The notes beneath the pieces are model-generated. The model did no database searches. It saw nothing but the letters and a program-made list of their open reading frames with translations, and was not told the DNA's origin. A stretch of 14,130 bases of DNA, taken from NCBI GenBank assembly GCA_038213805.1, contig JBBQSO010000115.1, forward strand, positions 1-14,130, given 5' to 3'. Positions 1-9,159 of the stretch are shown one piece after another. Numbering within the stretch: the stretch's first letter is position 1; each line of letters starts with the position of its first letter. This DNA is from Planctomycetota bacterium. Its GTDB lineage: Bacteria; Planctomycetota; UBA11346. The position numbers and the translations under genes were made by a program.

Positions 1-184
1 GGGTCTCCGTGGCGCGGGAGAGCCGTTCCGATGCGGTCGCGTCGCCCTTGGAGCCGGGCGCGATGTTCGGTGCGACTATTCGCTGCGCGACAACTTCGCT
101 GACCTATCGGGGCTGCCGCGCACGCTCGCTGAGATGCGCCGCGTGGTCGATGAGGCGCACGACCAGCGGCAGCCGGAGAGGTGA
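1..184 (+). CDS. Possible 3' end of a hypothetical protein running in from the left edge (frame 2, ...DYSLRDNFADLSGLPRTLAEMRRVVDEAHDQRQPER*)
   Basis: Frame starting at base 2 is open to TGA at 182-184 and ends 60 nt before the next start. No family recognised, and not in the supplied ORF track. Confidence 0.3.
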   Translation, partial: GLRGAGEPFRCGRVALGAGRDVRCDYSLRDNFADLSGLPRTLAEMRRVVDEAHDQRQPER

Positions 185-244
185 CGCGGCGGCGAAGCGT
201 TGACGCGAGGGGAGCGGCGCGGCGGCGGCAAACATCCCGCCGCC

Positions 245-1540
245 ATGCAGCGTCTGAAAAAGAGCGGAAACAACCGCTTCCTGGTCCACGCGGACGGCAC
301 GCCGTTCTTCTACCTCGGCGACACCGCCTGGGAGCTGTTCCACCGTCTCACCCGCGAGGAGGCGGCGCTGTACCTCCAGGACCGCGCCGCCAAGGGCTTC
401 ACCGTCATCCAGGCGGCGGTGCTGGCGGAATTCTCGGGGCTGGTCGAACCCGACGCCTACGGCCACCTGCCGCTTGCCGGCAACGACCCCACCAAGCCCG
501 ACGACGGCTATTTCGCCGACGTCGACTGGGTGGTGAATTTCGCCAATGGGCTCAATCTGGTCATCGCCATGCTGCCGACCTGGGGCGACAAGTGGAACAA
601 GAAATGGGGCATGGGGCCGGAGATCTTCACGCCCGAGAACGCGCGCACCTACGGCGAGTACCTCGGCAAGCGCTACCGCGAAGCGCGCCTGGTGTGGGTG
701 CTGGGTGGCGACCGCCCGATCGAGAACGACGGCCACCGCGCCATCATCAACGCCATGGCCGAGGGCCTCAAAGCGGGTGACGGCGGCAAGCACCTGATGA
801 CCTACCACCCGTCGGGCGGGCAGAGCTCGTCGCAGTGGTTTCACGACGCGCCGTGGCTGGACTTCAATATGATCCAGTCCGGCCACCGCCAGAATCGCGA
901 TTGCTATGATATGATCGCGCGCGACTACGCGCGCACCCCGGTCAAGCCGGTGATGGACGGCGAGCCGGCCTACGAGGACCACCCCAACAATTTCAAGCCC
1001 GAGAACGGCTGGCTTGACGAGTGGGACGTGCGCAAGGAGCTGTGGTGGGCGCTGCTCGCCGGCGCCTGCGGGCACACCTACGGCTGCCACGACATCTGGC
1101 AGTTCCTGTCGCCGGCGCGCCCCGCGGTGACCTTCGCGCGCACGCCCTGGACGGAGGCGCTGCACCTGCCCGGCTCGCACCACGTGCGCCACGCCCGCCA
1201 CCTGCTCGAGGCGCGACCCTACCTGACCCGCATCCCCGACCAGGCGCTGATCGTGGGCAATCCCGGCGTGCTCGCCGAGCGCCAGCAGGCTGCGCGCGGC
1301 GAGGACGGCAGCTGGGCAGTCATCTATTCCGCCGCCGGCCGGCCGATCGCCGTCGACCTTGGCCGACTGAGCGGCCACCTGCTGCGCGTCGCGTGGTTCG
1401 ACCCACGCACCGGCGCTGCGACCATCACCGAGACCGTCCCGCGCGCCGCCGGCGCGCGCACCTTCACCCCGCCGACGGCGGGCGCGGGCTGCGACTGGGT
1501 GCTGGTGCTGGACGACGCCGCCAAGGGGTACGCGATCTGA
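245..1540 (+). CDS. GH140-like (DUF4038/apiosidase-like) glycoside hydrolase with C-terminal putative collagen-binding-type beta domain
   Basis: Family-typical segments RFLVHADGTPFFYLGDTAWELF, YLQDRAAKGFTVIQ, WVLGGD, LMTYHP, WLDFNMIQSGH, KPVMDGEPAYE, GHTYG; C-terminal WFDPRTG...FTPP...DWVLVL. ATG 245 chosen over TTG 200. No signal peptide evident. Confidence 0.85.
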   Translation: MQRLKKSGNNRFLVHADGTPFFYLGDTAWELFHRLTREEAALYLQDRAAKGFTVIQAAVLAEFSGLVEPDAYGHLPLAGNDPTKPDDGYFADVDWVVNFANGLNLVIAMLPTWGDKWNKKWGMGPEIFTPENARTYGEYLGKRYREARLVWVLGGDRPIENDGHRAIINAMAEGLKAGDGGKHLMTYHPSGGQSSSQWFHDAPWLDFNMIQSGHRQNRDCYDMIARDYARTPVKPVMDGEPAYEDHPNNFKPENGWLDEWDVRKELWWALLAGACGHTYGCHDIWQFLSPARPAVTFARTPWTEALHLPGSHHVRHARHLLEARPYLTRIPDQALIVGNPGVLAERQQAARGEDGSWAVIYSAAGRPIAVDLGRLSGHLLRVAWFDPRTGAATITETVPRAAGARTFTPPTAGAGCDWVLVLDDAAKGYAI

Positions 1541-1584
1541 GCCCTGCGCGGCGCCCGCGCACGGCGGCCGCGCCGGGCACCCCC

Positions 1585-2427
1585 GTGCCGCGCGCGGGGG
1601 TCCAGCGCCAGCCGCGCGGCGACCTCTTCATCCTTTACCCGGACCCGCCGCTGCCGGCGCTGCCGCTGGTGGTCACCGAGGTTGGCGCCTCGCACTGGCG
1701 TGGCGACGGCACGTACGCGCGCAGCGCCTCGCGCATCCTCGCGGTCGAGCTGGTGCTGGCCGGCATGGTGCACCTCGAGCAGGATGGCCGGCGCGTCGAG
1801 GTCGGGCCCGGGCAGGCGTTCCTGCTCAAGCGCGGCAGCGACCACCGCTACAGCGCGGTCGGTGGTGCGGTGCGCAAGCGCTTCGTCGGCTTCGATGGGC
1901 CCTTCGCGCAGCAACTCATCGGCCTGCTGCCCGACCGGGTGGCGCCACGCGATCCGCGCGCGCTGGAGCGGCTCATCGGGCGCATCGAGGCCCTATTCCG
2001 CAACCGCCGGCCAGGCTGGCAGCTCGACGCGGCGGCGCTCGGCTACCGGCTGCTCGCCGAGCTCGGCGCGGCCGGCGCGGGACGCACGCCCGCGCCGCCG
2101 ACGCAGCACCCGGCTCTGATCGAGGCCCTGCGCCTGATCCACACCCGCGCCCTGCAGCCCTGCCCGGTGGCGTGGCTGGCGCGCCAGACCGGCACCAGTT
2201 CCACGCACCTCACCCGGCTCTTCCGCCAGGCGCTCGGCGTGCCGCCGCAACGCTACGCGCAGCGCTGCCTGATAGACCAGGCGCGCTTCCTGCTCAGCGG
2301 CTCGGACCTCACCTGCCAAGAGGTCGCCACGCGCCTCGGCTTCGCCGATCCATTGTATTTCAGCGCGGTGTTCAAGCGGCACGTCGGGGAATCACCGCAG
2401 GCGTATAGGAAGAGGACGAGAGGATAG
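1585..2427 (+). CDS. AraC/XylS family transcriptional regulator
   Basis: C-terminal double HTH (VAWLARQTGTSSTHLTRLFRQALGVPP...ARFLLSGSDLTCQEVATRLGFADPLYFSAVFKRHVGESPQAYR) and N-terminal cupin-like region (ELVLAGMVHLEQDG..VGPGQAFLL..H.Y). Start uncertain; in-frame GTG at 1585 chosen. The upstream part of ORF 1021..2427 overlaps the GH140 gene and looks spurious. Confidence 0.88.
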   Translation: MPRAGVQRQPRGDLFILYPDPPLPALPLVVTEVGASHWRGDGTYARSASRILAVELVLAGMVHLEQDGRRVEVGPGQAFLLKRGSDHRYSAVGGAVRKRFVGFDGPFAQQLIGLLPDRVAPRDPRALERLIGRIEALFRNRRPGWQLDAAALGYRLLAELGAAGAGRTPAPPTQHPALIEALRLIHTRALQPCPVAWLARQTGTSSTHLTRLFRQALGVPPQRYAQRCLIDQARFLLSGSDLTCQEVATRLGFADPLYFSAVFKRHVGESPQAYRKRTRG

Positions 2428-2438
2428 GAGTTGTGCGG

Positions 2439-2600
2439 GCTGCAAGTCACGAGTCACGAGTCACGAGCTGCGAGCTGCGAGCTGCGAGCTGCGAGCTGCG
2501 AGCGACCTCGATTGTCGTTGAGTGGGGACTTGCGGATACCCGAGGCAGGGATTTTCGCGAGTCGCGTAACTCGTGACTCGTGACTCGCGACTCGCAGCTC
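2439..2600. repeat. Heptamer inverted-repeat module A
   Basis: Left arm (GTCACGA)x3 2446-2466 plus (GCTGCGA)x5 2467-2501; spacer 2502-2554; right arm TCGCGAG, then TCGTGAC x2, TCGCGAC, TCGCAGC (2571-2598), the reverse-complement unit type. Confidence 0.95.
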
Positions 2601-2737
2601 CGACTGTCCACTGGCCAAAACGCCCAGCACCTCACACACGTGGTCGTATATCCCATGCCGGAAGGTCGCGGCGCCCATGGCGTGCGGCGCCGCGGGCGCG
2701 TAAGCTGCATGCTGGACCCGCGCCCACCGGAGATCGC

Positions 2738-5557
2738 ATGCGCCACCACTTTATCGTCCCGGCCCTGCTGCTGGCCGCCCTTTGCACGCCCGTGGCGCAG
2801 GCCGCCGAGGGCATCCCGTTGGCCAGCCTCGACCTCGCGCCGATGACCCAAGAGTATGGCCGGCCAGCGGTCGACCGCAGCGTCGATGGGCGCCCGATGC
2901 GCATCGCCGGCCAGGAGTTCGCGCACGGGCTGGGCACGCATGCGGCCAGCCAGCTCACCATTCGGGTCGAGCGCCACGCGCTGCGCTTCCACGCCCGCGT
3001 CGGCGTCGATGACGAGGGCCCCGGCGGCACGGTCGAGTTCCGCATCTCCGGGGACGGCAAGCCGCTGTGGTCCAGTGGCACCATGCGCGCAGGCCAGCCC
3101 GCCAAGGAGGTCGACGTGCCGCTCGCAGGCGTGGCGCTGCTGAAGCTCGAGACCGACGCGACCGCGGACGGCAACAAAGACGACCACGCCGACTGGGTGG
3201 AGGCGGAGCTGGTCATGCTGGATGGCGCCAAACCCACCACCATCGCCGACCCCGACGCCGAGCGCGACGCCGGCGCAGGCGAGCGCACGCCCTCGCACGC
3301 GCAGTACTTCACCTGGATCAACAACACCAACGAGGGCGCCACCGAGGCGCACACCCTGACCAACTTCGCCTTCTTCCGCTGGCTGCGCGAGATGTACGGC
3401 ATGCAGCTCGACATCTATGCCTGGGATGCCGGCAATCTCGACCTGCCGCGCGGCTACGGCACTACCGACAGCGCACGCTTCCGTGCCCAATACCCGCGCG
3501 GCTGGCAGCCGATCGCCGACGCCGCCGGCGCGCTCGGCTGCCGGCTCGGCCTATGGGGCGGTCCCGACGGCTTCGGCGACACGCCTGAGCAGGCGGCCGC
3601 GCGCATCGCGCTGATGTCCGGGCTGTGCCGCGACTACCGCATGGCCGAGTTCAAGTTCGATGGCGTGTGCGGCCAGCTGCGCCCCGAGAAGCAGGACTAT
3701 TTCGTACAAATGATGCAGGCGTGCCGGAAGTACAGCCCGGACCTGGTGCTGCTCAACCACCGGCTGCCGCTCGGCAAGGGCCTGCGCTACGCCACCACCT
3801 TCCTGTTCGAGGGCGCCGAGACCTACATCGACGTGCACATGGCCAACACCGGCACGGCCACCCACCACCGCGCCGGCGCCCTCGCCCGCGGCCTGCCGCC
3901 GCGCCTGACGCGTCTGACCGAGGACCACGGCGTGTGCATCTCGTCGTGCCTCGACGCCTGGGACGACGACCTGGTGCTGCAGGCCTTCAACCGTTCGCTG
4001 ATCCTCGCGCCCGAGATCTACGGCAACCCCTGGCTGCTGCGCGATGACGAATACCCGAAGCTGGCGCGCATCTACAATCTGCACCGCCGCTGGCGCGACC
4101 TCCTCACCCAGGGCATGGTGCTGCCCGCTGACGACTACGGCCCGTCTGCGGTCGCGCGCGGGGACGCGGCGACGCGCGTGGTGACGCTGCGCAACCTCGG
4201 CTGGGAGCCGCGCACCTACCAGGTGGCGCTCGACGAGGCCATCGGCCTGTCCGCCCCCGGCGCGGTCATGGTGCGCCTCTTCCATCCGCACGAGCGCATC
4301 CTCGGCACCCGGGCACACGGCGAGCGCGTGCCAGTGACGGTCGCGCCGTTCTCGGTCGCCCTGCTGCTTGCCACCACCGCGCCGTGCGCCGAACCGGGCG
4401 TGTCCGGCTGCGACGCAGAGGTCGTGCGCGACGTGCCTGGCAAGCCTCTGGTGCTGCGTCTGCTTGGCCTGCCCGGCACGACCGCGACGGCGACGTTCAC
4501 GCCCGGGCGCATGCCCGCCAAGACGGCGACCATCGACGGCCAGCCGCTGCCCGGCTTCGCCGCAGGCCAGCCGGTCTCCGTGACCTTCCGGGGCGCACCG
4601 TTGGCGCAGCCCAGCCACCGCCGCCTCGCCGAACTCGCGCCCTGCGCGGTGCCCGCCGATGCAGAGGCGCTCTACGAAGCGACCTGCTTCGCCGCCGACA
4701 ACGATGCGCTCGAGGCGCGCTCACTGCGTCGTTCAGGGCCGACGCTGGTGCCGCAGGTGCAGGCCGCGCGCGACGCCTTCTTCGCCCAGGAACTGTTCCG
4801 CACCCGCGGGTGCTGGGACAAGCTGCTCTTCGATGGCGAGCGCGGCACCGGTCTGGTGCAGGGTGGCCGGCTGCCGACGAACGTGGATGGTCAGCCCGAG
4901 CTGCGCCTCGACCTCGGCGCGCCGACCGTCGCCGACAGCTTCTCGCTGCAACTCGCCGGCGGCACCACCAGCGGCCAGGCCGAGGGCTCCGCCGACCTGC
5001 TCCGCTGGACGGTGCTGCCGACCACCGTCACCGCAGAGCAGGTGACCATCACCCCGCCCGCGCGCATGGCCCTGCGCTACCTGCGCCTCGCGCGCGGCTC
5101 CATGCACATCTGCGAGGTGACTGCCGAGCAGGGCGGCCTCGCTCTGCCGCGTACCTCCTGGCGCGCTTCGGAGCTCTTCGAGTCCTACACCAGGCGCACC
5201 GCGACCGCCGCCTGGAGCGCGACCGTCACGCTCGGCCACGAGGCTCCCGGCAGCTACCTGTGCATCGCGCTGGAAGGCGAACACGGCGTCGACGGCGCCT
5301 GGGCCGCCGCGCGCCTCGCCGGCCGCCCGCTCGGCTGCCCGGACCGCGCGCCGTCGTTCCTCAGCAACGTCTGGGAGGCACCGGTGCGGCAGGCCGGCAG
5401 CAACCTCACCTATTACCTGCCGGTGACACCCGACATGGCCGGCAAAGCGCTCGACCTGGTGGTGCTGACGCTGGCCAACGGCAAGAACACGTACAAGCCG
5501 GTGGCCTGGATCACCAGCCGCGAGCCGATGGTGGGCAGGGTGGTGGTGGTGGAATGA
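2738..5557 (+). CDS. Secreted 939-aa protein: signal peptide, NPCBM/NEW2 module, putative clan GH-D-like TIM-barrel glycosidase and C-terminal beta-sandwich (discoidin-like) regions
   Basis: GGAG RBS 2729-2732 before ATG 2738; signal peptide MRHHFIVPALLLAALCTPVAQA; NPCBM motifs DRSVDG..MRIAG..FAHGLGTHA, FHARVGVDD, VEFRISGDGK.LW, GNKDDHADW; GH27/36-like LDIYAWDAG and FKFDG; late DLG...SADLLRW...RYLR...ICEV. Confidence 0.8.
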   Translation: MRHHFIVPALLLAALCTPVAQAAEGIPLASLDLAPMTQEYGRPAVDRSVDGRPMRIAGQEFAHGLGTHAASQLTIRVERHALRFHARVGVDDEGPGGTVEFRISGDGKPLWSSGTMRAGQPAKEVDVPLAGVALLKLETDATADGNKDDHADWVEAELVMLDGAKPTTIADPDAERDAGAGERTPSHAQYFTWINNTNEGATEAHTLTNFAFFRWLREMYGMQLDIYAWDAGNLDLPRGYGTTDSARFRAQYPRGWQPIADAAGALGCRLGLWGGPDGFGDTPEQAAARIALMSGLCRDYRMAEFKFDGVCGQLRPEKQDYFVQMMQACRKYSPDLVLLNHRLPLGKGLRYATTFLFEGAETYIDVHMANTGTATHHRAGALARGLPPRLTRLTEDHGVCISSCLDAWDDDLVLQAFNRSLILAPEIYGNPWLLRDDEYPKLARIYNLHRRWRDLLTQGMVLPADDYGPSAVARGDAATRVVTLRNLGWEPRTYQVALDEAIGLSAPGAVMVRLFHPHERILGTRAHGERVPVTVAPFSVALLLATTAPCAEPGVSGCDAEVVRDVPGKPLVLRLLGLPGTTATATFTPGRMPAKTATIDGQPLPGFAAGQPVSVTFRGAPLAQPSHRRLAELAPCAVPADAEALYEATCFAADNDALEARSLRRSGPTLVPQVQAARDAFFAQELFRTRGCWDKLLFDGERGTGLVQGGRLPTNVDGQPELRLDLGAPTVADSFSLQLAGGTTSGQAEGSADLLRWTVLPTTVTAEQVTITPPARMALRYLRLARGSMHICEVTAEQGGLALPRTSWRASELFESYTRRTATAAWSATVTLGHEAPGSYLCIALEGEHGVDGAWAAARLAGRPLGCPDRAPSFLSNVWEAPVRQAGSNLTYYLPVTPDMAGKALDLVVLTLANGKNTYKPVAWITSREPMVGRVVVVE

Positions 5558-5569
5558 ATGGCGATGGGA

Positions 5570-5748
5570 GTGGCGAGGGGCGAGTGGCGAGTCGCGAGTC
5601 GCGAGCTGCGAGCTGCGAGCTGCGAGCTGCGAGACTCAAGACTGAGACAACAGCTCACTTGATGCGCACGTCGGGAGCGATTTTCTCGCCTCTCGCCTCT
5701 CGCCTCTCGCTGCTCGCTGCTCGCGACTCGAAACTCGCGACTCGTGAG
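5570..5748. repeat. Heptamer inverted-repeat module B between convergent genes
   Basis: Left arm 5570-5632: GTGGCGA, GGGGCGA, GTGGCGA, GTCGCGA x2, GCTGCGA x4; 53-nt spacer 5633-5685; right arm 5686-5748: TCGCCTC x3, TCGCTGC x2, TCGCGAC, TCGAAAC, TCGCGAC, TCGTGAG. Confidence 0.95.
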
Positions 5749-5754
5749 CGCAAA

Positions 5755-6936
5755 CTAATCGAGGGCCGGAAGATGGACGGTGAAGACCGTGCCGACGCCT
5801 TCGTGGGAGGCTACGCGGATCCAGCCGCCGTGGCTCTCGGCAATCTTCTTGCAGATGGCCAGACCGAGGCCCGAGCCGTCGTAGGTACCGCCGGTAAAGG
5901 CGCGCTGGAAGGCGCCGAAGATGCGCTCCTGATACGCTGGGGCGATGCCGATGCCGTTGTCGCGGACCGCCAGCACCCAGCCGGCGCCGTCGCGGGTCGC
6001 GGAGACGTGGACCACGGGCGGGCGCCCCGCGGCGCGGAACTTGAGGGCGTTGCCAATGAGGTTCTGCAGCAGCTGGAGGAGACGCGTGGCGTCGCCGCGC
6101 ACCATCGGCAACGCGTCGGCGGTGACCGTGCCGTGGGTCTCGGTGATGCGGCTGGTGAGGTTGTCGACCGCGGCCGCGAAGGCCTCGCCCAGGTCGACGG
6201 CTACCGCCTCGCCCTCCTCTCCGAGGCGGGCGTAGGCGAGCAGGTTGCCGATCAGCGCCTGCATGCGCGTGGTCCCGGCCATGGCGCGACCGATGTAGCC
6301 ACGTGCATCTTCGCCAAGCTGCCCGGCGCAGCGGTCCTCGAGCAGGGTCAGGAAGCCGGCCACCATGCGCAGCGGCTCCTGTAGGTCGTGACTGGCCACG
6401 GCGGCGAAGCGCTCGAGCTCGTGGTTGCTGGTCTCAAGCGCCGCGACCGCGTTGCGCAGCTCCTCCTCACCGCGCAGGCGGTCGGTGATGTCGCGCGTCG
6501 AGCCGGCGACCGCCTCCACCACGCCGTCCTCGGCCAGCACCGGGACGAAGATGTACTCGTAGTGGCGCGTACTGCCGTCCGGCCCGGTGAAAGGGGTCTG
6601 ATCGCGGACCTGCCCGCGCGTGGCGATGACCTCCTGGATTTGACGCTGCAGGCGCGCCGCCAGCTCGGTCGGATAACCAAGTTCGAAGAAGTCCCGCCCG
6701 ACGGCTTCCGCGAGGGGCTTCTGCCAGAGCATGAGCAGGGCCCGGTTGACATACAGAAAGCGGCCGTCGAGGTCGAAGATGTACGTGAAGTCGGGGGTGT
6801 GCGACAGCGCCGTGTCGAACAGCCGCCACTGCTTCCCGGTGCCGCGGGCGATGCGTGCGGTCTCTGGTCCGCGCAATCGCGTTGGGTGGAGCGCCGCCTG
6901 GTCAGCGGCGGGAATGGCAGCGGTGGGGTCCATCAT
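5755..6936 (-). CDS. Cytoplasmic PAS/PAC sensor histidine kinase (HisKA + HATPase)
   Basis: PAS region (YIFDLDGRFLYVN...AVAGSTRDIT), H-box ASHDLQEPLR, N-box NLIGNALKF, G1 DNGIGI, F-box IFGAFQR, G2 GSGLGLAICKKI. Start taken as ATG 6936 (or 6933); uncertain. Confidence 0.9.
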   Translation of the reverse strand: MMDPTAAIPAADQAALHPTRLRGPETARIARGTGKQWRLFDTALSHTPDFTYIFDLDGRFLYVNRALLMLWQKPLAEAVGRDFFELGYPTELAARLQRQIQEVIATRGQVRDQTPFTGPDGSTRHYEYIFVPVLAEDGVVEAVAGSTRDITDRLRGEEELRNAVAALETSNHELERFAAVASHDLQEPLRMVAGFLTLLEDRCAGQLGEDARGYIGRAMAGTTRMQALIGNLLAYARLGEEGEAVAVDLGEAFAAAVDNLTSRITETHGTVTADALPMVRGDATRLLQLLQNLIGNALKFRAAGRPPVVHVSATRDGAGWVLAVRDNGIGIAPAYQERIFGAFQRAFTGGTYDGSGLGLAICKKIAESHGGWIRVASHEGVGTVFTVHLPALD

Positions 6937-7036
6937 CGCCGCACTGATCCTGGACGGCACCGCGCCGCAGCCGACTGGCTGCCAGCGCGCTGCGCCACTA
7001 CCTGTGGACACAGCCCTGGGGCCACCCACCGCCCCA

Positions 7037-8803
7037 TCACAGCACCGTGTGCCACGACGGACTCACCGCGAATGCCGACATGATCAATCCCACGTGCGAG
7101 TAGCACTGCGGGAAGTTGCCGCTCTGCGTCGTGGTCGCCGGGTCGAAGTGCTCGGCGAACAGGCCCAGGGGGTTGGCCGCCTTGAGCGCCTTGCCCAGCA
7201 CCGCGGCGCCCTCCTCGACGCGGCCGAGGCGCGCGAGGGCCTCGGCCATCCAGAACGAGCAGATCAGGAAGGGGTGTTTGGGCGTGCCGAAGTCATCGTG
7301 GTGGCGGTAGCGGTAGTAGAACCCGCTCGCCGGGTCGCCACCCCAGGCAAGGTCCTTGGCGATGTGGTCGACGGTGCGCTCGCACAGCCCACGGTCGGGG
7401 AAGCCCAGCGTGGGCAGCAGCAGCAGTGCTGAGTCCGCGGTGCGGTGCCCCGGCGCGCTCCACAGCACGCCATCTGACACCGCGCGCTCGATGGCGGCGC
7501 GCGCGGTGTCGCGCCAACCGTCGATCTGCGCCGCGTCGCCGCGGATGCGGCCCATGCCGATCAGACGCGCGTAGCGGTCGAGCGCGGTCCACGACATCAT
7601 CGCGGTGTAGGTGTGCGGCTTCCAATCGCCGCGCAGCTCCCACAGCCCGGCATCGGGCTCGTCGAGGGTATCCAGACAGCGCGCCGCCAGGGTCGCGAGC
7701 AGCTCGTCGTAGTGGCGCGAGCGCAGGTGCGCGAAGCGCTCGTCGAAGTAGAGCCGCGAGAGCATCATCAGCATCTGCCCATAGACGTCGTTCTGCACGT
7801 GCTCGGCGGCCTGGTTCTCGGTGCGCACCGGCTTGGACCCGCGGTAGCCGGCCCAGTTCGTGCGCTCGGTCTCGGGTAGCGGGCGGGTGCCGTCGACGCG
7901 GTAGACGGGGTGCAGGCGGCCGACGTTCTCGCGGTGGATGACGTCGAACATGAAGCGCAAGATGCCTTCGAGCTCCTCGAAATGGCCGAGTCGATGGATG
8001 GCCGAGACCGTGAAGTAGGCGTCGCGCAGCCAGCAGAAACGGTAGTCCCAGTTGCGCACGTCGCCGACGATCTCGGGCAGGCTGGTGGTGATCGCGGCCA
8101 ACACCGCGCCGGTCTCCTCGAAGCAGTGCAGCTTGAGTGCCAGCGCCGAGCGGATGACCTCGCGCTGGAACAGCACGGGGGTGTTGCAGCCCATCACCCA
8201 GTTCCGCCACCACTGCTCGGTGCGCAGCTGGAAGGTTTCGACCAGCGTCGCCAGGTCGTCCTCCGGCGGCACCCCCCAGGTGAGGATGAAGTAGAGCGGC
8301 ACGCTCAGCGTCGCGTGTGTCCCGGCGAGCAGCTGGGTGAGCGGCATGGTGGTCGACAGGCGCAATTCGTCGTCCAGACCGAGGAAGCGCACGTGGCTGC
8401 TGCCGCGCTGCATGGGCGCGGGCTCCTTGCTCCAGCCCTGCACCGGTTGGATCTCGACGTTGATCTTGGGCAGACCGCTGAGGGGAATCACCTTGCGCAT
8501 CAGCATCAGCGGCCGGTAGGTGCGCCCGAACTGCTCGAAGCGCGGGAAGAAGTCGATGACCGCGAAGCGGTTGCCCTCAGCGTCCTCGTGGATGGTCTCG
8601 AGGACGTTGGTCGACTCCAGGTAGCGCTGACTGGACGTGCCGGGGCGCGCCGCCGCGATCGAGAAGTGCCCGCCTTGCGGGTCGAGCAGGCGTCCGAACA
8701 CCGGCGGCGAGTCGGGCCGCGGCAGGCACATCCAATCGATGGAGCCGTCGCGCCCGACCAGGGCCGATGCCTGGCAATTACCGATGAGGCCGAGTTGATA
8801 CAT
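7037..8803 (-). CDS. Glycoside hydrolase family 15 (trehalase/glucoamylase-like)
   Basis: N-terminal GLIGNCQASALV..DGSIDWMCLPRPDSPPVFGRLLD, RNWDYRFCWLRD, QNDVYG, PDAGLWELR, FLICSFW, ANPLGLFAEH, GNFPQCYSHVGLI. Confidence 0.92.
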   Translation of the reverse strand: MYQLGLIGNCQASALVGRDGSIDWMCLPRPDSPPVFGRLLDPQGGHFSIAAARPGTSSQRYLESTNVLETIHEDAEGNRFAVIDFFPRFEQFGRTYRPLMLMRKVIPLSGLPKINVEIQPVQGWSKEPAPMQRGSSHVRFLGLDDELRLSTTMPLTQLLAGTHATLSVPLYFILTWGVPPEDDLATLVETFQLRTEQWWRNWVMGCNTPVLFQREVIRSALALKLHCFEETGAVLAAITTSLPEIVGDVRNWDYRFCWLRDAYFTVSAIHRLGHFEELEGILRFMFDVIHRENVGRLHPVYRVDGTRPLPETERTNWAGYRGSKPVRTENQAAEHVQNDVYGQMLMMLSRLYFDERFAHLRSRHYDELLATLAARCLDTLDEPDAGLWELRGDWKPHTYTAMMSWTALDRYARLIGMGRIRGDAAQIDGWRDTARAAIERAVSDGVLWSAPGHRTADSALLLLPTLGFPDRGLCERTVDHIAKDLAWGGDPASGFYYRYRHHDDFGTPKHPFLICSFWMAEALARLGRVEEGAAVLGKALKAANPLGLFAEHFDPATTTQSGNFPQCYSHVGLIMSAFAVSPSWHTVL

Positions 8804-8844
8804 GCGCGGTCATCCCAGGGTGTCTGTCGTGCAAGATAAGATAA

Positions 8845-8860
8845 GCTGCGATTGTGCCAA
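8845..8860 (-). promoter_or_regulatory. Possible sigma-54 (-24/-12) promoter for the GH15 gene
   Basis: Minus strand reads TTGGCACAATCGCAGC: TGGCAC matches the -24 consensus with correct GG-N10-GC spacing, about 42 nt upstream of the start codon. The -12 element is CAGC rather than TTGC. Confidence 0.3.
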
Positions 8861-9056
8861 GTCGTGCACGCTCGCTGAAAAATCGCGCTCAGCGCACCCC
8901 GAGCAGCGCGCAGCGGCATTCCTGATGCCCAGTTCGCTGCAATACGCACGATCCTATGGATGCGCGGACGTCGTTCCGCCTGGAGCCACGGCTGCATGAC
9001 CACCATCGCGGTGTGCACATGATGCAGCTTATGGCGTTGCTCAAGGCCAACTCCAA

Positions 9057-9136
9057 GTTGCGCGCCATGAGTCGCGAGTGAAGGCAGGCTGTCCTCGCGA
9101 CTCGCGACTCGCGACTCGCTGCCCGTAACTTGCAAC
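9057..9136. repeat. Heptamer inverted-repeat module C with conserved core
   Basis: Left GTTGCGC GCCATGA GTCGCGA (9057-9077); core GTGAAGGCAGGCTGTCC (9078-9094); right TCGCGAC x3, TCGCTGC, CCGTAAC, TTGCAAC (9095-9136). Lies 23 nt past the proA stop. Confidence 0.9.
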
Positions 9137-9159
9137 GCGCACCGTGCGACTTCTCCCGC

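Noticed and set aside
2528..2555. ACTTG...GATTTT as a sigma-70 -35/-10 pair
   Set aside because: Spacing from TTG-hexamer to GATTTT is only 14 nt, the -10 match is poor, and the same motif in module B faces a convergent gene end.
2573..2737. N-terminal extensions of the called ORFs (also 11633-11821, 13656-14048, 1021-1584)
   Set aside because: They run through repeats, leader structure or neighbouring genes; downstream starts fit the RBS, signal peptide or family N-terminus better.
4384..6384. 666-aa plus-strand ORF and other long overlapping ORFs (104-1378, 2447-3490, 3551-4618, 7910-8839, 12492-13667)
   Set aside because: Alternative-frame or antisense shadows of well-supported genes, with no recognisable motifs.
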